Under the pieces are notes generated by a model that was not told the origin of the DNA, did not search any database, and saw only the letters and a list, made by a program, of their open reading frames with translations. From Eledone cirrhosa (lineage: Eukaryota), in contig OZ024740.1 in NCBI GenBank assembly GCA_964016885.1, positions 253,332,001-253,396,000 on the forward strand: a stretch of DNA of 64,000 bases, read 5' to 3'. Both the position numbers and the translations under genes were made by a program. Shown in pieces: positions 50,186 through 64,000 of the stretch (position 1 is the first letter of the stretch; each line of letters begins with the position of its first letter).

Positions 50186-50719
50186 TGGTGGTTGCCAACT
50201 CGTTCTCGAGTACGGCCACTATCAATGTAGGAGAACTCCTACTGATGTGCTGAACGAGTGTGACTTTTTAGTCCAGCCAGCGACTTGAAAACTCTGGTAC
50301 AAACACTACACTTGTGACAATTATTGACACATAGTGCAGGGCCCATGGTACCATGTGACGACAAGTGCAGAGAGATCTCCAGATATAAAGCAATGCCTGT
50401 ACCGTGAAGCTTTTATAGTGAGCAAAGGCACTGCACAAAGCCAGTCCCACTCTCTTAACCAAGATGATATGTACCAAAAAGAAGAACAAGTCAACATCAT
50501 TGGATACCATCAGAGTTTTCCTTCTCCTAGAATTCTGCCTTGACAAAGGCTAAGGGGTCATCTCTCCCGGTGATTTTGGATGGCCATTGACTCTTAAGAG
50601 CTCCTTTGCCCTTTGACAGGTTTTGTTTTTAGTCCTGCGGGATGTCCAAAGTCGCCCTCCTCACCAAGAAACCTTGGTGGGGTTGCCAGTTTAGTCGCCA
50701 ACGACCCGACCATGAGACA
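50186..50719 (-). mobile_element. 610-bp non-coding element, copy 3 (truncated at its presumed 5' end)
   Basis: Identity to the other copies; (TACA)n flanks. Confidence 0.8.
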
Positions 50720-50781
50720 TACATACATACATACATACATACATACATACATACATACATACATACATACATACATACATA

Positions 50782-53700
50782 CAGTCAACGCGATCAGTCG
50801 CATATTTTGGCGTGGGAATCAACAACATGTTACAAAGATTTTCTACAAACAGCATGGCTGAACACAACATCAACAACAACAACATTAGTGGAATACCAAA
50901 GAAAAACGAGAAAGGTAAACAAAATTTATTCAGTTGTAGCTACAGAAGAAACCGAAATTATAAATTGCATTTCTCTTGGAGTTGCGAATTTAATAATGAT
51001 TTATTTAATTGTTATAAAATGGCAAAAAACAATCCTTCCATTGGCTATATGAACAGAATGAAGCTACACTGGGACGAAAAACACCCAGAGCCAAATCACT
51101 TCACGGCGAAACAATTACGCCAACAAGCGACATTTGTTGAACGTAAAAATAAGATGAATATTATTAATTGTAAGTACCCCACAACAAACATGGAATCAAC
51201 AACATGTGCTACAGGTCGCCATACTACTAGACTTCCTAGTAGCCAGGTCGAACAGCGCCTTGAAACAACTATGCCTGTAAGAAACTTGACACCACCTGTA
51301 CCATCTAAGTCTACCTCGAATGCTGGGGAAAACACTATCGATAATAATAATAATCGAAGAAATAATAATAATAATCGAAGAAATTTGACACCACGTGTAC
51401 CATCCGAGTCTACCTCGACTATTGTGGAAAATACTATCGATAATGATAATCAAAAGTATAAACAATTGAAAATTTCCCCCAATGAAATCTTCCAGAGAGA
51501 AATTAATTCATGTATAAATATCTCTCTTGCTGAACGTGTTAAAACGACAATGTTGAATAAAAAACCAAATAATGAAATATTACGTGTTATTGACGAAATA
51601 GGGGATGAATATTTACGACGGATAAAAACCCCAACATTTTGGCAAATCAACGCCTGTTTATATGCCTTAGCAATGACAGTGAAGCATTATCTTGGTAATA
51701 GCAGAGATATTAACAAGAACAAAACACTACCAAAAATACCATCATATATAACTAAAATAGAAAAAAAGATTGCTGAATACGAAAAAACATAGGATATGTG
51801 ACAATGCTCCTTACATGCAAACAAACACAAAAAAAAACTTACGAAATAAGTGAGGGTACCCTTGAGACTGTGATAGGAAAACTCCAAGATGAGAAAACAC
51901 CAGGAAGAGACATGATTGTCGGCTACTGGTACAAAATACTGATATTCTATCAGAGGTATCTTACCGACCTCTACCAACAAGTTCTTAAGGGAGATACACT
52001 TATACCAGAATTGTTGACATTAGCACAAACATTACTGGTCCCCAAGAACAAAGACACCCACTTGGTAAAAAACTATTGACCCATTGCATGCCAGAACCTG
52101 ATGTGTAACATGTATACAGCCTGCCTGAACCTATTCCTCCAGAGATCACTGTGAAAATAATAACATCATCATAGATGAACAAACAGCTGGAAAGAAAGGG
52201 GTTTGGGGATATGCTGAACAACTCCTAATCAACAAAACTGCGATGTCGGAGGTGCGACAACTTAGGAGGAATATGACTACAGTCTGGCTGGACTACAAGA
52301 AAGCTTTCGATTCTGTTTCCTACTCTTAGATGATAGCGGCCCTCCAACTTGCTAAAGTCCCAGACATTATTGTCAGACCCATAGAGAGGCTGTCTTCTTC
52401 TTGGGCTACTATCCTGAGGTTAAAGATAGAGAGGGAGGACTCTATTTTCACTGATAAAATAAAATATTGCAGGGGTATATTTCAGGGGGACAGTCTCTCT
52501 GTGATATTATTCATCTTCCCATTAAACCCCTTGTCCTTTCTGCTCAAGAATGTGAGGGATACATCATTGGCTCACAGGAGGACAGAAATACAAACCTAAC
52601 CCATAATTTCTTTGTGGACGATCTGAATGGATGGGATGAAGAAAAATCTTGACCTGGTTACAACGTTCTCAAAGGATATAGGAATGGAGTTTGGCCAAGA
52701 TAAATGCTCATACATAACTGTAAAGCGGGTAAAAACAACAACCCAATCCAGCAACATTGTCATCAATGGCCTAACTGTTTCACCGATATCTGATGAGGAC
52801 TACTACAAATACCTGGGGATAGATGAGAACATATCCTATAATGGTTTCTGTAATAAAGAACGCGTAACCAAGGAATACTACACCCGATTAAGAAAGATCT
52901 GGTCATCGGAACTCTCTGCACAAAACAAAACAGTGGCTCACAATGTGTTTGCTGTGCCTGTCCTAACACCAACGTTTGGAATACTAAATTGGACGATAGA
53001 CGAAATCCGAGCAGTTGATGTTGGAACTCGAAAAATACTGAACAACACCGGAAACTTCCACATCAACAGTGACATAGACTGCCTTGACACGTAAGCAGGG
53101 AGGCAGAAGTCTAACATCAGTCCAGACAACATTTGATTGTCGCATCATATCTCTCCGACAACATCTACGAACCTCGAAGCGTAGGAGCCCGTTTCTCGAG
53201 CAAGTCTATCTGCATGAAACAGATAAGATCATGAGAGTTGGGAAGGAACTCCTCGAGAGATATTCCCTGTGTGATAATCAAAAAATCACACCCAGGGATG
53301 TCGCTCAGCAGTATCGCAGTGAATCCATGAATGAAAAACTGCACGCCTATCAGCAAAAAGTCATGCATGGATATGTTGCCAGGAAGCTCCAGAGTGAAAG
53401 TAATATAGATAAGGAAACCGCTATATTGGCTCCCACTTTGAAGGATACCCTTTTGCAATCCAGGAACAGGAGATTAGCACGAAATACCTGATTCACAAAA
53501 GAGATAGGGATGCAGGCAAAACACCTAGATGTGATAACAAGTGCGGACTCTGCAGAACTAACATCGAGGATATCACCCATGTCATCAGCAGCTGTCCAAA
53601 GATGTCATGGCGGTACTATCTACCTATGAGGCATGATGTAGTGGCCAAAACCCTGTACAATGCAGTTCGTAAAAAAGATAGCCCCGATAATAAACACATT

Positions 53701-54440
53701 AAAAGCTACAGCAATGTGGAAGATATCCATGTACATAATATGAAAGAGTACTGGTGGAATGTTCCAGTAAAAACCCCAATAAAATGCAGGCATATCAGAC
53801 CAGATATTATGGGACAGGGAGAAGAAAGCATGTAGTGGAAATTAGCTGCCCAGCAGATGACAATATAATATCAAAGATTACTGAAAAGGAGAATATTTAT
53901 GCAGAACTGATGAGAAATCTGCAGATACTCCACACTGATTACACCTTCAGATTTATGCCTGTGATTATTGGGGCACTGGGATATGTTAGTAACTGCCTCA
54001 ATACAAATCTTGAGAAGCTGGGCTTCACAGGAACAGAAAGAACACAACTAGTTAGGAAATTACAAGTACAATCCATTAATGGAACAGTAAAAATATGTAA
54101 GACATTCCAAAAATGTTGCATCTAATAACTGCATATACACATGTACAGATGCAAAGATATACACATGCACACATACAACTCAAAACATACACATTCACAC
54201 ATACAATAACATCCATATCTACACATGCATACATACATACATACATACATACAAACATACATACATACATACATACATACATACATACATACATACATAC
54301 ATACATACATACATACATACATACATACCTAGTTGATGTTGTGTAAATTCCAATGAGAGAGTCTTGTGTCTATGTTAGAAACCGACTCTCTCTCTATTCG
54401 TAAAACTTTGTGAAATTATAAAACCAGAAGAACATACATA
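50782..54440 (+). mobile_element. R4/Dong-like element, copy B (5' end present, internal deletion, frameshifts)
   Basis: N-terminal ORF 50812-51792 (GYMNRMKLHW..QLRQQA), RT pieces 51798-53094, CCHC/RLE to 54125; (TACA)n at both ends. Confidence 0.88.
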
Positions 54441-54462
54441 CATATATATACATACATATATA

Positions 54463-54921
54463 TGATGGCTGCAACTCGATTTCGAGTAATGCCATCACTT
54501 GATACTTAAGCATGAGCATCACGGATGTGGTTTTTTAGTCCTGCTAGGGACATGCCTATGGCCAGAAATGCCATACATCGCAAAAAATGTCACATATCAA
54601 GCGATGCCTGTGCTTGAAGCTTTTTAAAGTGAGGAAAGGACCAGTCCCATTCTTTGAACATCGAATGCATTTACCCAAAAGTAGAACTGGTCTACATCAT
54701 TGGATGCAAACGAAGTTGCAAGTTTTAAATCAGACTGACTTTCTCCTAGAAAGATGTCTTAATGAAGACTAGGAGTCTCTCACTCCACAAAAAATACACT
54801 ATTGGATGGCCATTGACTCTCCTGAGTTCCTCCGCCCTTGGTGGGATTGCCGGTTTAGTCACCGACAGCCTGACCATGTATAGGTTGTACTGGATCACAT
54901 GTTACCAGTAGCGCTGGTAAC
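54463..54921 (-). mobile_element. Diverged older copy of the 610-bp element family
   Basis: Conserved blocks ctcgatttcgagta, ggatggccattgactc, tttagtc.cc.ac..c.gaccatg and gttaccagtagc. Confidence 0.7.
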
Positions 54922-57881
54922 ATGTAACATACATACATATATACATGCAAACACACATATACACACACGTGTACTTACATACACACATACATACTTACAT
55001 ACATGCATGCATACATACACTCACATGCATACACACATACATACATACATTCATGCAGAGGCTAACAAATTTGTGGAACTCCAAACATCCAGAATTAGAC
55101 TTTTCCCCAAAACAATTAAATGAACAGGCAAAACGTATCATTAGATGTAAATTGATAAATCTAACTGAACTGTCTGATTCAAAGCAGGCTGACACTATAA
55201 AGACAGCCATTGAAGATAATCATCCCACTTCCGCTGTTGGACAGAGAGAATGGTAAGCTAAATCTAGCAGTAAACAGAACATTAACAACGTAGCTGAAGT
55301 CTACTTTACAAACAGATCACCAAAAACTTGTAGACACCTTACATGTGATATGTGATGATATGTTTAAAGAAATACACAATGTTAATGTAACAGACCGTAC
55401 GACACCAGAATTAGTACCCCACCCTCCACTAAATTGGAATTGTAAGCAGTGAACGAAATAGCTGACAGAAGGCCACATGATCCAAAGGTGTGGAAACAAC
55501 CTATGTTATGATTGACATTTTTATATATGTCACAGCTATTACATTGCTAGCTTATCACAAACACCTGAAACCATGCAACCAAGATACAAACAGAAAGCCT
55601 GAATCAGCATGGATGCCTAATTAAAACATAACATTTTGTCCCTGAGACGAAGTATCTCACAGATCGATGTAGTTATAAAATGCAACATACAGAACTTCAC
55701 ACAGCATCAGGAAGACTTACAAAAAAACAAGAGAGGCGATTTGGAGATTTAAAACTCTAAACACCAAACTGTACCAGCTGAAACAACAACTCACAGTTAC
55801 AACAGAAAGACTAAAATATAAATCATCAGCACATAAATGGCAAGCACTAAATAGATTATTTGCCAGAGATCCTAAATCAGTTTATTTCAGCTTCAATGAG
55901 AAAGGCTCAATCTCTGTAAATGACACTCCTACAAAAGAACAGGTTGAGAGCTACTTGAGATCTGTATGGGAAACAAATGAAGAATTTAAAAAGCAAGCTA
56001 AAAGAACTAAAAAAGGAGTACTGTCAGCATGTCCAGACAAAACAATATGGAAATGACTCTACAGAAAATGCTGAATAGAAAATCACCAGACCCAGACCTC
56101 ATAACAGGTTACTGGCTGAATAATTTCACCTTCTGTCAGCAAGATCTCATATGGCTGTATAGAGAAAGTATCAAAGGCACACAAGAACTGCCCCAAATGG
56201 TTATCAACTGCCACTAGTCTCCTCAGCTCCAAAAATAACCAAACCACTCTTGCTAAAAATTACTGGCCTGCCAGAACATCATGTATAAATTATACACTGG
56301 GTGCCTTAATCTGTTCTTGAAGAATCATTGTGCCACTAACAACATTATAACACCTGAGCAAGCCGGTGGAAAGAAGGAGGTGTAGGGCTGCATAGATCAG
56401 TTACTAATTAATAAAATGATACAAGATAAAACAGCAAAGAATCACGGGAATATGACTGAGGTGTGGCTGTGCAATCAGAAGGCTTTTGATAGTGTACCTT
56501 ATGGGTGGATTATTAAGGCTTTACAGTTAGCTAAAGTCCCACAACCACTACTAGCTGCTGTTGAATGCCTGTCCATGAACTGGTACACCAATTTGATCCA
56601 AGTGAGAAGGAACAAATTGAGACTGATACGATACACTACCAGAAAGGCATCTTTCAAGGTGATAGCTTATCCGTGCTGCTCTTCGTTATCTCACTAAACA
56701 CACTATCATATCTGCTTACAAAACAAAATGGTCATAGAAGTTGTATGGACCAAATACCAACTATATCCAAAAAAAGATTGGACCTCATTAACCAAATTTT
56801 CAACAATCATCAAAATGAAATTTAGTGACTCCAAATGTGCATATTTGATAGTAAAAGGTAGAAGGTTTATGTCCTCCTCAGGAAATCTAGAGATGAAAAG
56901 CTTGACAATACAACCTCTAAGGTCAGGTGACAACTACAGATATCTTGGTCAGGATGAGAGTGTCAGATATGATGGACCCATAAATGAGAAGAGAACCAGG
57001 ACTGAATACCTCAGGAGAGTAAAGACAATATAGTCATCAGAACTCTCACCATACAACAAATACATTGCCCATAATTGTGCCAATCCCAACACCAACATTT
57101 GGCCTGCTGAACTGGTCATTGCAAGAACTAAGTAAGATGGATGTAAGAACTCACAAGCTGCTCAGTGTTACTGGAAACTTTAACATCAATGGTGATGTGG
57201 ATAGGCTCTACTTCCCATGCAAGGAAGGTGGCCAGGGTCTAAAATTCATATTTACGACATACAAGACTTGGATAGTAACACTAAAGCAACATCTTCACAG
57301 GATGAAAAAGGTCAGCAACCATCTTGCCCAGGCTTATGAGCATGAAGGAAATAATTTGTTCTACTTTTGGCACAAGGCCAGCAATTACCCAGTGCATTAC
57401 TAGTACTTTATTTTATCGACGCCGTAAGGATGAAAGGCAAAGTTAACCTTGGTGGGATTCGAACTCAGAATGGCAAGGGCCATAACTCTATGCGTCAAAG
57501 CATGGCGTCCAACCCTCTACCAATACTGCCAATCCACTGCCTAAGGGAAATAATATCATTAGGATAGCCACTGATCTGGAGGAGAGACATGGAATAAGGC
57601 CTGATATAAATCTCTCTCCAAGGCGTATTGGAAAATCCTATTCAATGCTCGAACAAGATAAACAAAATGGATCAATTCACAGAGAAAGTTGTGCATGGGT
57701 ACCTGAGACAATAAACACAAACCATAAAGGGGATAAATCATTCAACAAACCTGGCATAGAGTTCCGACAAGTTTATAACATTCCACCTTGAAGGATATCT
57801 CCTTAAATAGATGAACAAGAAATCCCTACCAAATATCTACTACTCAAAAGAAGAGGGCCATCAGTCGACAATAAATGTAGG

Positions 57882-58584
57882 CAAGGGCCTTGTTTCAGGG
57901 GGGGTTTCAGGGGACAAGTCCCCCCTCCACTTTTCCAGGAATGGGGGACAAACCAACTTTTGCCCCCCACCCTACTTTTTCCCAATTAAAAAACAAAGAA
58001 AATCTTCCTAACAAGTCTTACATATGTATAATACATATTTTTACATGTTTATTTATGTGCATATATTTATATGAATATATATAAACCCTAAGTTGCAATC
58101 GGCATTGAATTTTGTTCGTTCGATATTTACATCCATTTACTAAAAATTAAAAAAGATCAACTCATCAATAATTTGAATGAGAAATAAACAATACATTGTT
58201 TATCATACTCACAATGGAAATGCAAATAATTCTATTTCCTACTCTTGAATTTCAGCTGCTTCTGTTTTTTCATAGTATATAATATCCTCAATTGTTAATG
58301 TCTCAGACAACATTTTCATTGATCACGACACTTATAAAAACCATCACCTTTTTCAAGTGAGCTTTTTCTGCTCACACAATATATATATGTATATTCTTGG
58401 GATTAATTTACATTTAGGACATTTTAAGAATTAATATAAATATTATCTTCATAATATTAAAAAAAAAATTTCAATTTTAAAGATTTGTTGTAGAGTTAAA
58501 TCTTAATAAATATTCTCTTTTTGAGAAAGAGTTTTTCGAAGATAGTTCAATCTGGAAGAGTCCATTTGCAGACACACATACACA

Positions 58585-58672
<88 letters not shown>

Positions 58673-60597
58673 TGTATGTATGTATGTGTCAGGTCACCAG
58701 TTGGTGCTACTGGTAACATGTATCCCAGTACAACCTGTCTCATGGTCGGGTCGTTGGCGACTAAACTGGCAACCCCACCAAGGTTTCTTGGTGAGGAGGG
58801 TGGCTTTGGACATCCTGCAGGACTAAAAACAAAACCTGTCAAAAGGCAAAGAGGCTCTTAAGAGTCAATAGCCATCCAAAATCACCGGGAGAGATGACCC
58901 CTTAGCCTTTGTCAAGGCAGAATTCTAGGAGAAGGAAAACTCTGATATAACACCTGCAACCCTGATGGTATCCAATGATGTTGAATTGTTCTTCTTTTTG
59001 GTAAATATCATCTTGGTTAAGAGAGTGGGACTGGCTTTGTGCAGTGCCTTTGCTCACTATAAAAGCTTCACAGCACAGGCATTGCTTTATATCTGGAGAT
59101 CTCTCTGCACTTGTCGTCACATGGTACCATGGGCCCAGCACTATGTGTCAATAATTGTCACAAGTGTAGTGTTTGTACCAGAGTTTTCAAGTCGCTGGCT
59201 GGACTAAAAAGTCACATTCGTTCAGCGCATTGGTAGGGGTTCTCCTACATGGATATAAAGTAGTGGCCGTACTCGAAAACGAGTTGGCAGCCACCATGTA
59301 TGTATGTATGTATGTGTGTGTATACACCCAGGCCCACATCAGGGAAATTTAAGCACGCGTATTTATCATATGATGAAGAAAATGAAGTATCGTCACCATG
59401 TTCCTTAAAATCTGTGTGTCCTACTCAATGGCTAACATGACTTTCTGCAGTCAAAGCCCTTCTTGAAAATTATTCAGATGTCCTCATGAGTTTGGCACCA
59501 GCATTGCATCCAAAGCTAATGGTATCCTTACGTGTCTCTCTACAGGCCAATGTGTTCTTGGATTGCACGTTGTAGTTCCATTACTTCAACTCCGTGAAGG
59601 ATTGAACAAATCTTTTCAAAGTACCACCTTCAATCTAGGTGGCATGTTGCATAGTGTCAAACTTTTTCAGGAGGAGCTAAACAATCTACGCAGTGAAGAA
59701 AAATTTCAGGAGCTGAAAAAATTATTTATCAACTCAATATTTCTCCTTTGGAGCTACCTAGACAACGAAAAGTTCCTAAAAGATACCAGGAAGGAAATGC
59801 GTTAAAATATCAACACTGCACTGTTTTGGATCATTACAGAGTGCAGTATTTGCAGGTAGTGGATACTGCAATAGCAAATTTTAAAGATTTTTTTTTTTCA
59901 CAGGATTTAGCAGATTATGAAAAACTGAGCAATATTTTACTCAATGGAAATTTCATGCACTATCCAGAGCTTGATGAATTTTCTTTAAGGAACAAAATAC
60001 TTTTTTTATAGAAATCATGATAGTGGGTCATCTCTCGAGGATCATCGTTAAATATTTGGTGAAATGCAGCCAGAAGTCCGTTGCATGTTTCCAAATGTTG
60101 AGCGATTGCTCAGGCTACTTTGAGTGTTTCCAACCAGTTCTTGTGAAGCTGAAAGATATTTTAGCACTCTGCAGAGACTCAAAATTTGGCTGTGATCGAC
60201 CATGACTTAGCAAAGGCTGAATCATATTCTAATATGCCACGTTCATAGAGATGTTTTGAAAAAGATTAGTTGTGAAGAAAATGCTAAATTATTTATTGGC
60301 AGCAATGATGCGAGATATGATACATTTGGAAAGTTCTAAAAGACAATAAATTTACTTTATATTTTTTTAATTCAAACGTCTATGTTTTATTTTTTGTTTA
60401 TTTGATATAATAAATTCTTTTTAAGCTTATTTTTTTATATTTGAACTTCATTTGAATATATAAAATTTAATTAGCGTAAAATGTTACTTGTGTGATAGGG
60501 TCCGGAAAGGCGCCATAAGCAATACTAACATGCTCCTTTAAGAATCAACAAATGTTGGTTTGTCCCCCTCACATTCTAAAAGCAAACGAGGCCTCTG
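57882..60597 (+). mobile_element. hAT DNA transposon relic (transposase C-terminal half ~59330-60340)
   Basis: TIRs caagggccttgttt / aaacgaggcctctg; ggggacaa subterminal motifs; CPTQW and SSCEAERYFS.L.RLK.WL.STM..RLN dimerisation motifs. Confidence 0.8.
58688..59296 (+). mobile_element. 610-bp non-coding element, copy 4, inside the hAT, in (TGTA)n
   Basis: Reverse complement of 49385-49990. Confidence 0.8.
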
Positions 60598-61122
60598 AAT
60601 ATAAAACAAAGATCAAAGATGTTAGCCACATTATTGCCAACTGTGAAAGAATGTCGTATCATTATAACCTCCTTATGAAACACGATGTGATAGCTAGAAC
60701 TATCTAGAACACACTTAGGATAGCAAAATTAAAAACAAATAATGAGGAATATGTTGAGGTAGATGGCACTAAAGAATACTGGTGGAACCTGTATAAAATA
60801 AAAACTTTCACCAAATTAAAGCACAACCGGCCTGAATATGGTTGTTTGGGACCATACATTGATAACGTGCCCTGTTGTAGAGATCAGTTGTCCACTTGAT
60901 GTCAATGTTGTAAAAAGAATACAGGAAAAGGAGAACAACTAAGGACCATTGATGAGGAGTTTGCAGATCCAGTATCAAAGATACACCTTCAGCTTTATAC
61001 CTGTGATTATTAGAACACTGGGATATGTTAGTAACTCATCAGTACAAATCTTGAGAAGCTGGGCAGAATGAAACAGCTGAAACAGAATGAACACGACTAG
61101 TTCTGAAATTACAAGTACAATT

Positions 61123-61488
61123 TGTAGTGGAATTATGCCGTACCTCGCAATAGCAACATTTTCATATGCAATAAGGTTAATATCTGGTAAAAAACCACAG
61201 TATACGGGAGACAAAGAGATGGCTACGGAAGTGGGAAGAATTATTACAGAATAACTCCTACTATATGCCTTTCGACAAGAAAAATTATATTTATAGAGGA
61301 TTGAGCATTAAAGAGATATTTATTTATATCCTGGAAGTCAGAAGCATGTCACTACCAATAAGAAGCAACCAACTCATCGAATAAGGTATTTCTCTTATAT
61401 CGTTTGTAAAAAAACAAGATCCATAGAAGATTTTAACTTGCAGTTATAAAAAGATATAGGTAACATTTAACTTCTCATCCTTTCTATA
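61123..61488. mobile_element. Putative solo LTR
   Basis: Interrupts the R4 3' end (gtacaat|...|cccttaatggaacag). Ends tgtag...ctata (TGTAG..CTACA-like); imperfect TSD aatt/aatc. Confidence 0.45.
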
Positions 61489-61852
61489 AATCCCTTAATG
61501 GAACAGTAAAAATATGTAAAACATTCTAAAAGTTCTGCTAATAACTGCATGTACACATGTACAGATACAAGGCATATGCACACGCACATATATAACTCAA
61601 AACATACACATCCACACATACAATAACATCCATGCTTGTACACACATGCGCACATGCAGACATACATATCTACATAGTTGGTTTTTAAATTCCAATGAGA
61701 GAGTCTTGTGTCTATGTTAGAAACCGACTCTCTCTCTATTGATAAAAATTTATGAAATTACAAAATCAGAAGAACATACATACATGCATGTATGCATACA
61801 TACATGCATATATACATACTTGCATACATACATACATGCATACATCCATCGT

Positions 61853-64000
61853 CAGTCAACGCCATCAGTCGCATATTTTGGTGTGGGAGACTATTCATTA
61901 AATTTAAGATGAATACTATCTCTAACAGTAATGCCACAAATAAAGACGATGTTTGTGAGAGCACTCTTGAGACTGTGATAGAAAAACTCCAAGATAAGAA
62001 AACACCAGGAAGAGACATGATTGTCGGCTACTGGTACAAAAAACTGATATTCTATCAGAGGTATCTTACCGACCTCTACCAACAACTGGTAGTTGTGGCA
62101 TTACTGTTGGAGATAGTATTCATCTTAAATTTAATGAATAATTCTTCTAATTATATCCACTGAAGACACCTTTTTTTCGAATTTGTAGAGATATCCGACT
62201 AAATACATAATTCATTTTACAAAGATTTTCTACAAACAGCATGGCTGAACACAACATCAACAACAACAACAACATTAGTGGAATACCAAAGAAAAACGAG
62301 AAAGGTAAACAAAATTTATTCAGTTGTAGCTACAGAAGAAACCGAAATTATAAATTGCATTTCTCTTGGAGTTGCGAATTTAATAATGATTTATTTAATT
62401 GTTATAAAATGGCAAAAAACAATCCTTCCATTGGCTATATGAACAGAATGAAGCTACACTGGGACGAAATACACCCAGAGCCAAATCACTTCACAGCGAA
62501 ACAATTACGCCAACAAGCGACATTTGTTGAACGTAAAAATAAGATGAATATTATTAATTGTAAGTACCCCACAACAAACATGGAATCAACAACATGTGCT
62601 ACAGGTCGCCATACTACTAGACTTCCTAGTAGCCAGGTCGAACAGCGCCTTGAAACAACTATGCCTGTAAGAAACTTGACACCAGCTGTACCATCTAAGT
62701 CTACCTCGAATGCTGGGGAAAACACTATCGATAATAATAATAATCGAAGAAATAATAATAATAATCGAAGAAATTTGACACCACATGTACCATCCGAGTT
62801 TACCTCGACTGTTGTGGAAAATACTATCGATAATGATAATAATCAAAAGTATAAACAATGAAAAATTTCCCTCAATGAAATCTTCCAGAGAGAAATTAAT
62901 TCATGTATAAATATCTCTCTTGCTGAACGTATTAAAACGACAATATTTAATAATAAAAAACCAAAGAATGAAATAGTATGTATTATTGACGAAATAGGAG
63001 ATGAATATTTACGACGGATAAAAACCCCAACATTTTGGCTAATCAACGCCTGTTTATATGCTTAGCAACGAGAGTTAAGCATTATCTTGGTGATAGCAGA
63101 GATATTAACAAGAACAAAACACCACCAAATATACCATCATATATAACTAAAATAGAAAAAAAACATTGCTGACCTACGGAAAACCATAGGATATGTGACA
63201 ATGCTCCTTACATGCAAAAACACTTCACTCTTCACCAACAAAGAGTGAAAAATAAAATAAAGACGATGTTTGTGAGAGCACTCTTGAGACTGTGATAGAA
63301 AAACTCCAAGATAAGAAAACACCAGGAAGAGACATGATTGTCGGCTACTGGTACAAAAAACTGATATTCTATCAGAGGTATCTTACCGACCTCTACCAAC
63401 AATTTCTTAAGGGAGATACACTTATACCAGAATTGTTGACATTAGCACAAACATTACTGGTCCCCAATAACAAAGAAACCCACTTGCCAAAAAACTACTG
63501 ACCCATTACATGCCAGAACCTAACGTGTAAGATGTATACAGCCTGCCTGAACCTATTCCTCCAAGATCACTGTGAAAATAATAACATCATCATAGATGAA
63601 CAAGCAGCTGGAAAGAAAAGGGTTTGGGGATGTGCTGAACAACTCCTAATCAACAAAACTGTGATGTCGGAGGTGCGACAACATAGGAGGAATATGGCTA
63701 CAGTCTGGCTGGACTACAGGAAAGCTTTCGATTCTGTTTCCCCACTCTTGGATGATAGATGTCCCAGACATTATTGTCAGAGTCATAGAGAAGGTGTCTT
63801 CTTCTTGGGCTACTATCCTAAAGTTAAAGACAGAGAAGGAGGACTCTATTTTCACTGATAAAATAAAATATTGCAGGGGTATATTTCAGGGAGACAGTCT
63901 CTCTGTGCTATTATTTATCCTGTCCTTAAGCCACTTGTCCTTTCTGCTCAAGAAATGTGAATGATACATCATTGCCTCACAGGCGGACAGAAATATGAAC
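61853..64000 (+). mobile_element. R4/Dong-like element, copy D, with a rearranged 5' end; runs off the window
   Basis: Same 5' start (cagtcaacgc.atcagtcgcatattttgg) after (TACA)-like DNA; 62220-63150 near-identical to 50833-51760; RT motifs WLDYRKAFDSV and RGIFQGDSLS. Confidence 0.88.

Larger units (their letters stand above)
55050..61790 (+). mobile_element. Older R4/Dong-like element, copy C, interrupted by a SINE (57350-57542), a hAT (57882-60597) and a putative solo LTR (61123-61488)
   Basis: KGIFQGDSLS, YRYLGQDE, DVDRLY..EGG; DNKCR before the hAT and SHIIANC/KHD/VVEISCP after it; 3' UTR as in copies A and B. Confidence 0.75.

Noticed and set aside
50812-51792. 326-aa ORF as a novel host gene (also 62241-62861)
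   Set aside because: It is the N-terminal part of the R4/Dong-like ORF, colinear with downstream RT/RLE remnants.

Overview
AT-rich, microsatellite-dense eukaryotic DNA. The SINE/RTE families look like those of an octopus or related coleoid cephalopod, which is an inference from recalled repeat families. One host gene is visible: a folylpolyglutamate synthase (FPGS)-like gene on the minus strand. I can chain 9 phase-consistent GT-AG exons from 37467 down to 10077; the C-terminal exons were not found. The rest is nested mobile DNA: five RTE LINE copies whose RT carries an inserted C4HC3 PHD finger, three Penelope-like (PLE) relics, a young CR1-type RT ORF, a near-complete Gypsy element, a tandem pile of four R4/Dong-like RLE elements in (TACA)n tracts, a ~610-bp non-coding RTE-derived element in the same tracts, hAT elements and tRNA-derived SINEs. 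The most notable hidden layer is a set of type I hammerhead ribozyme motifs from several unrelated families. Three have intact cores, one is a single base off, and several are relics; most sit in (TA)n-flanked fold-back elements or PLE ends. The Gypsy leader also has about 15 x 25-bp repeats that resemble an amplified piece of its tRNA-Trp primer-binding site. All structures were folded by eye; nothing was computed or searched.
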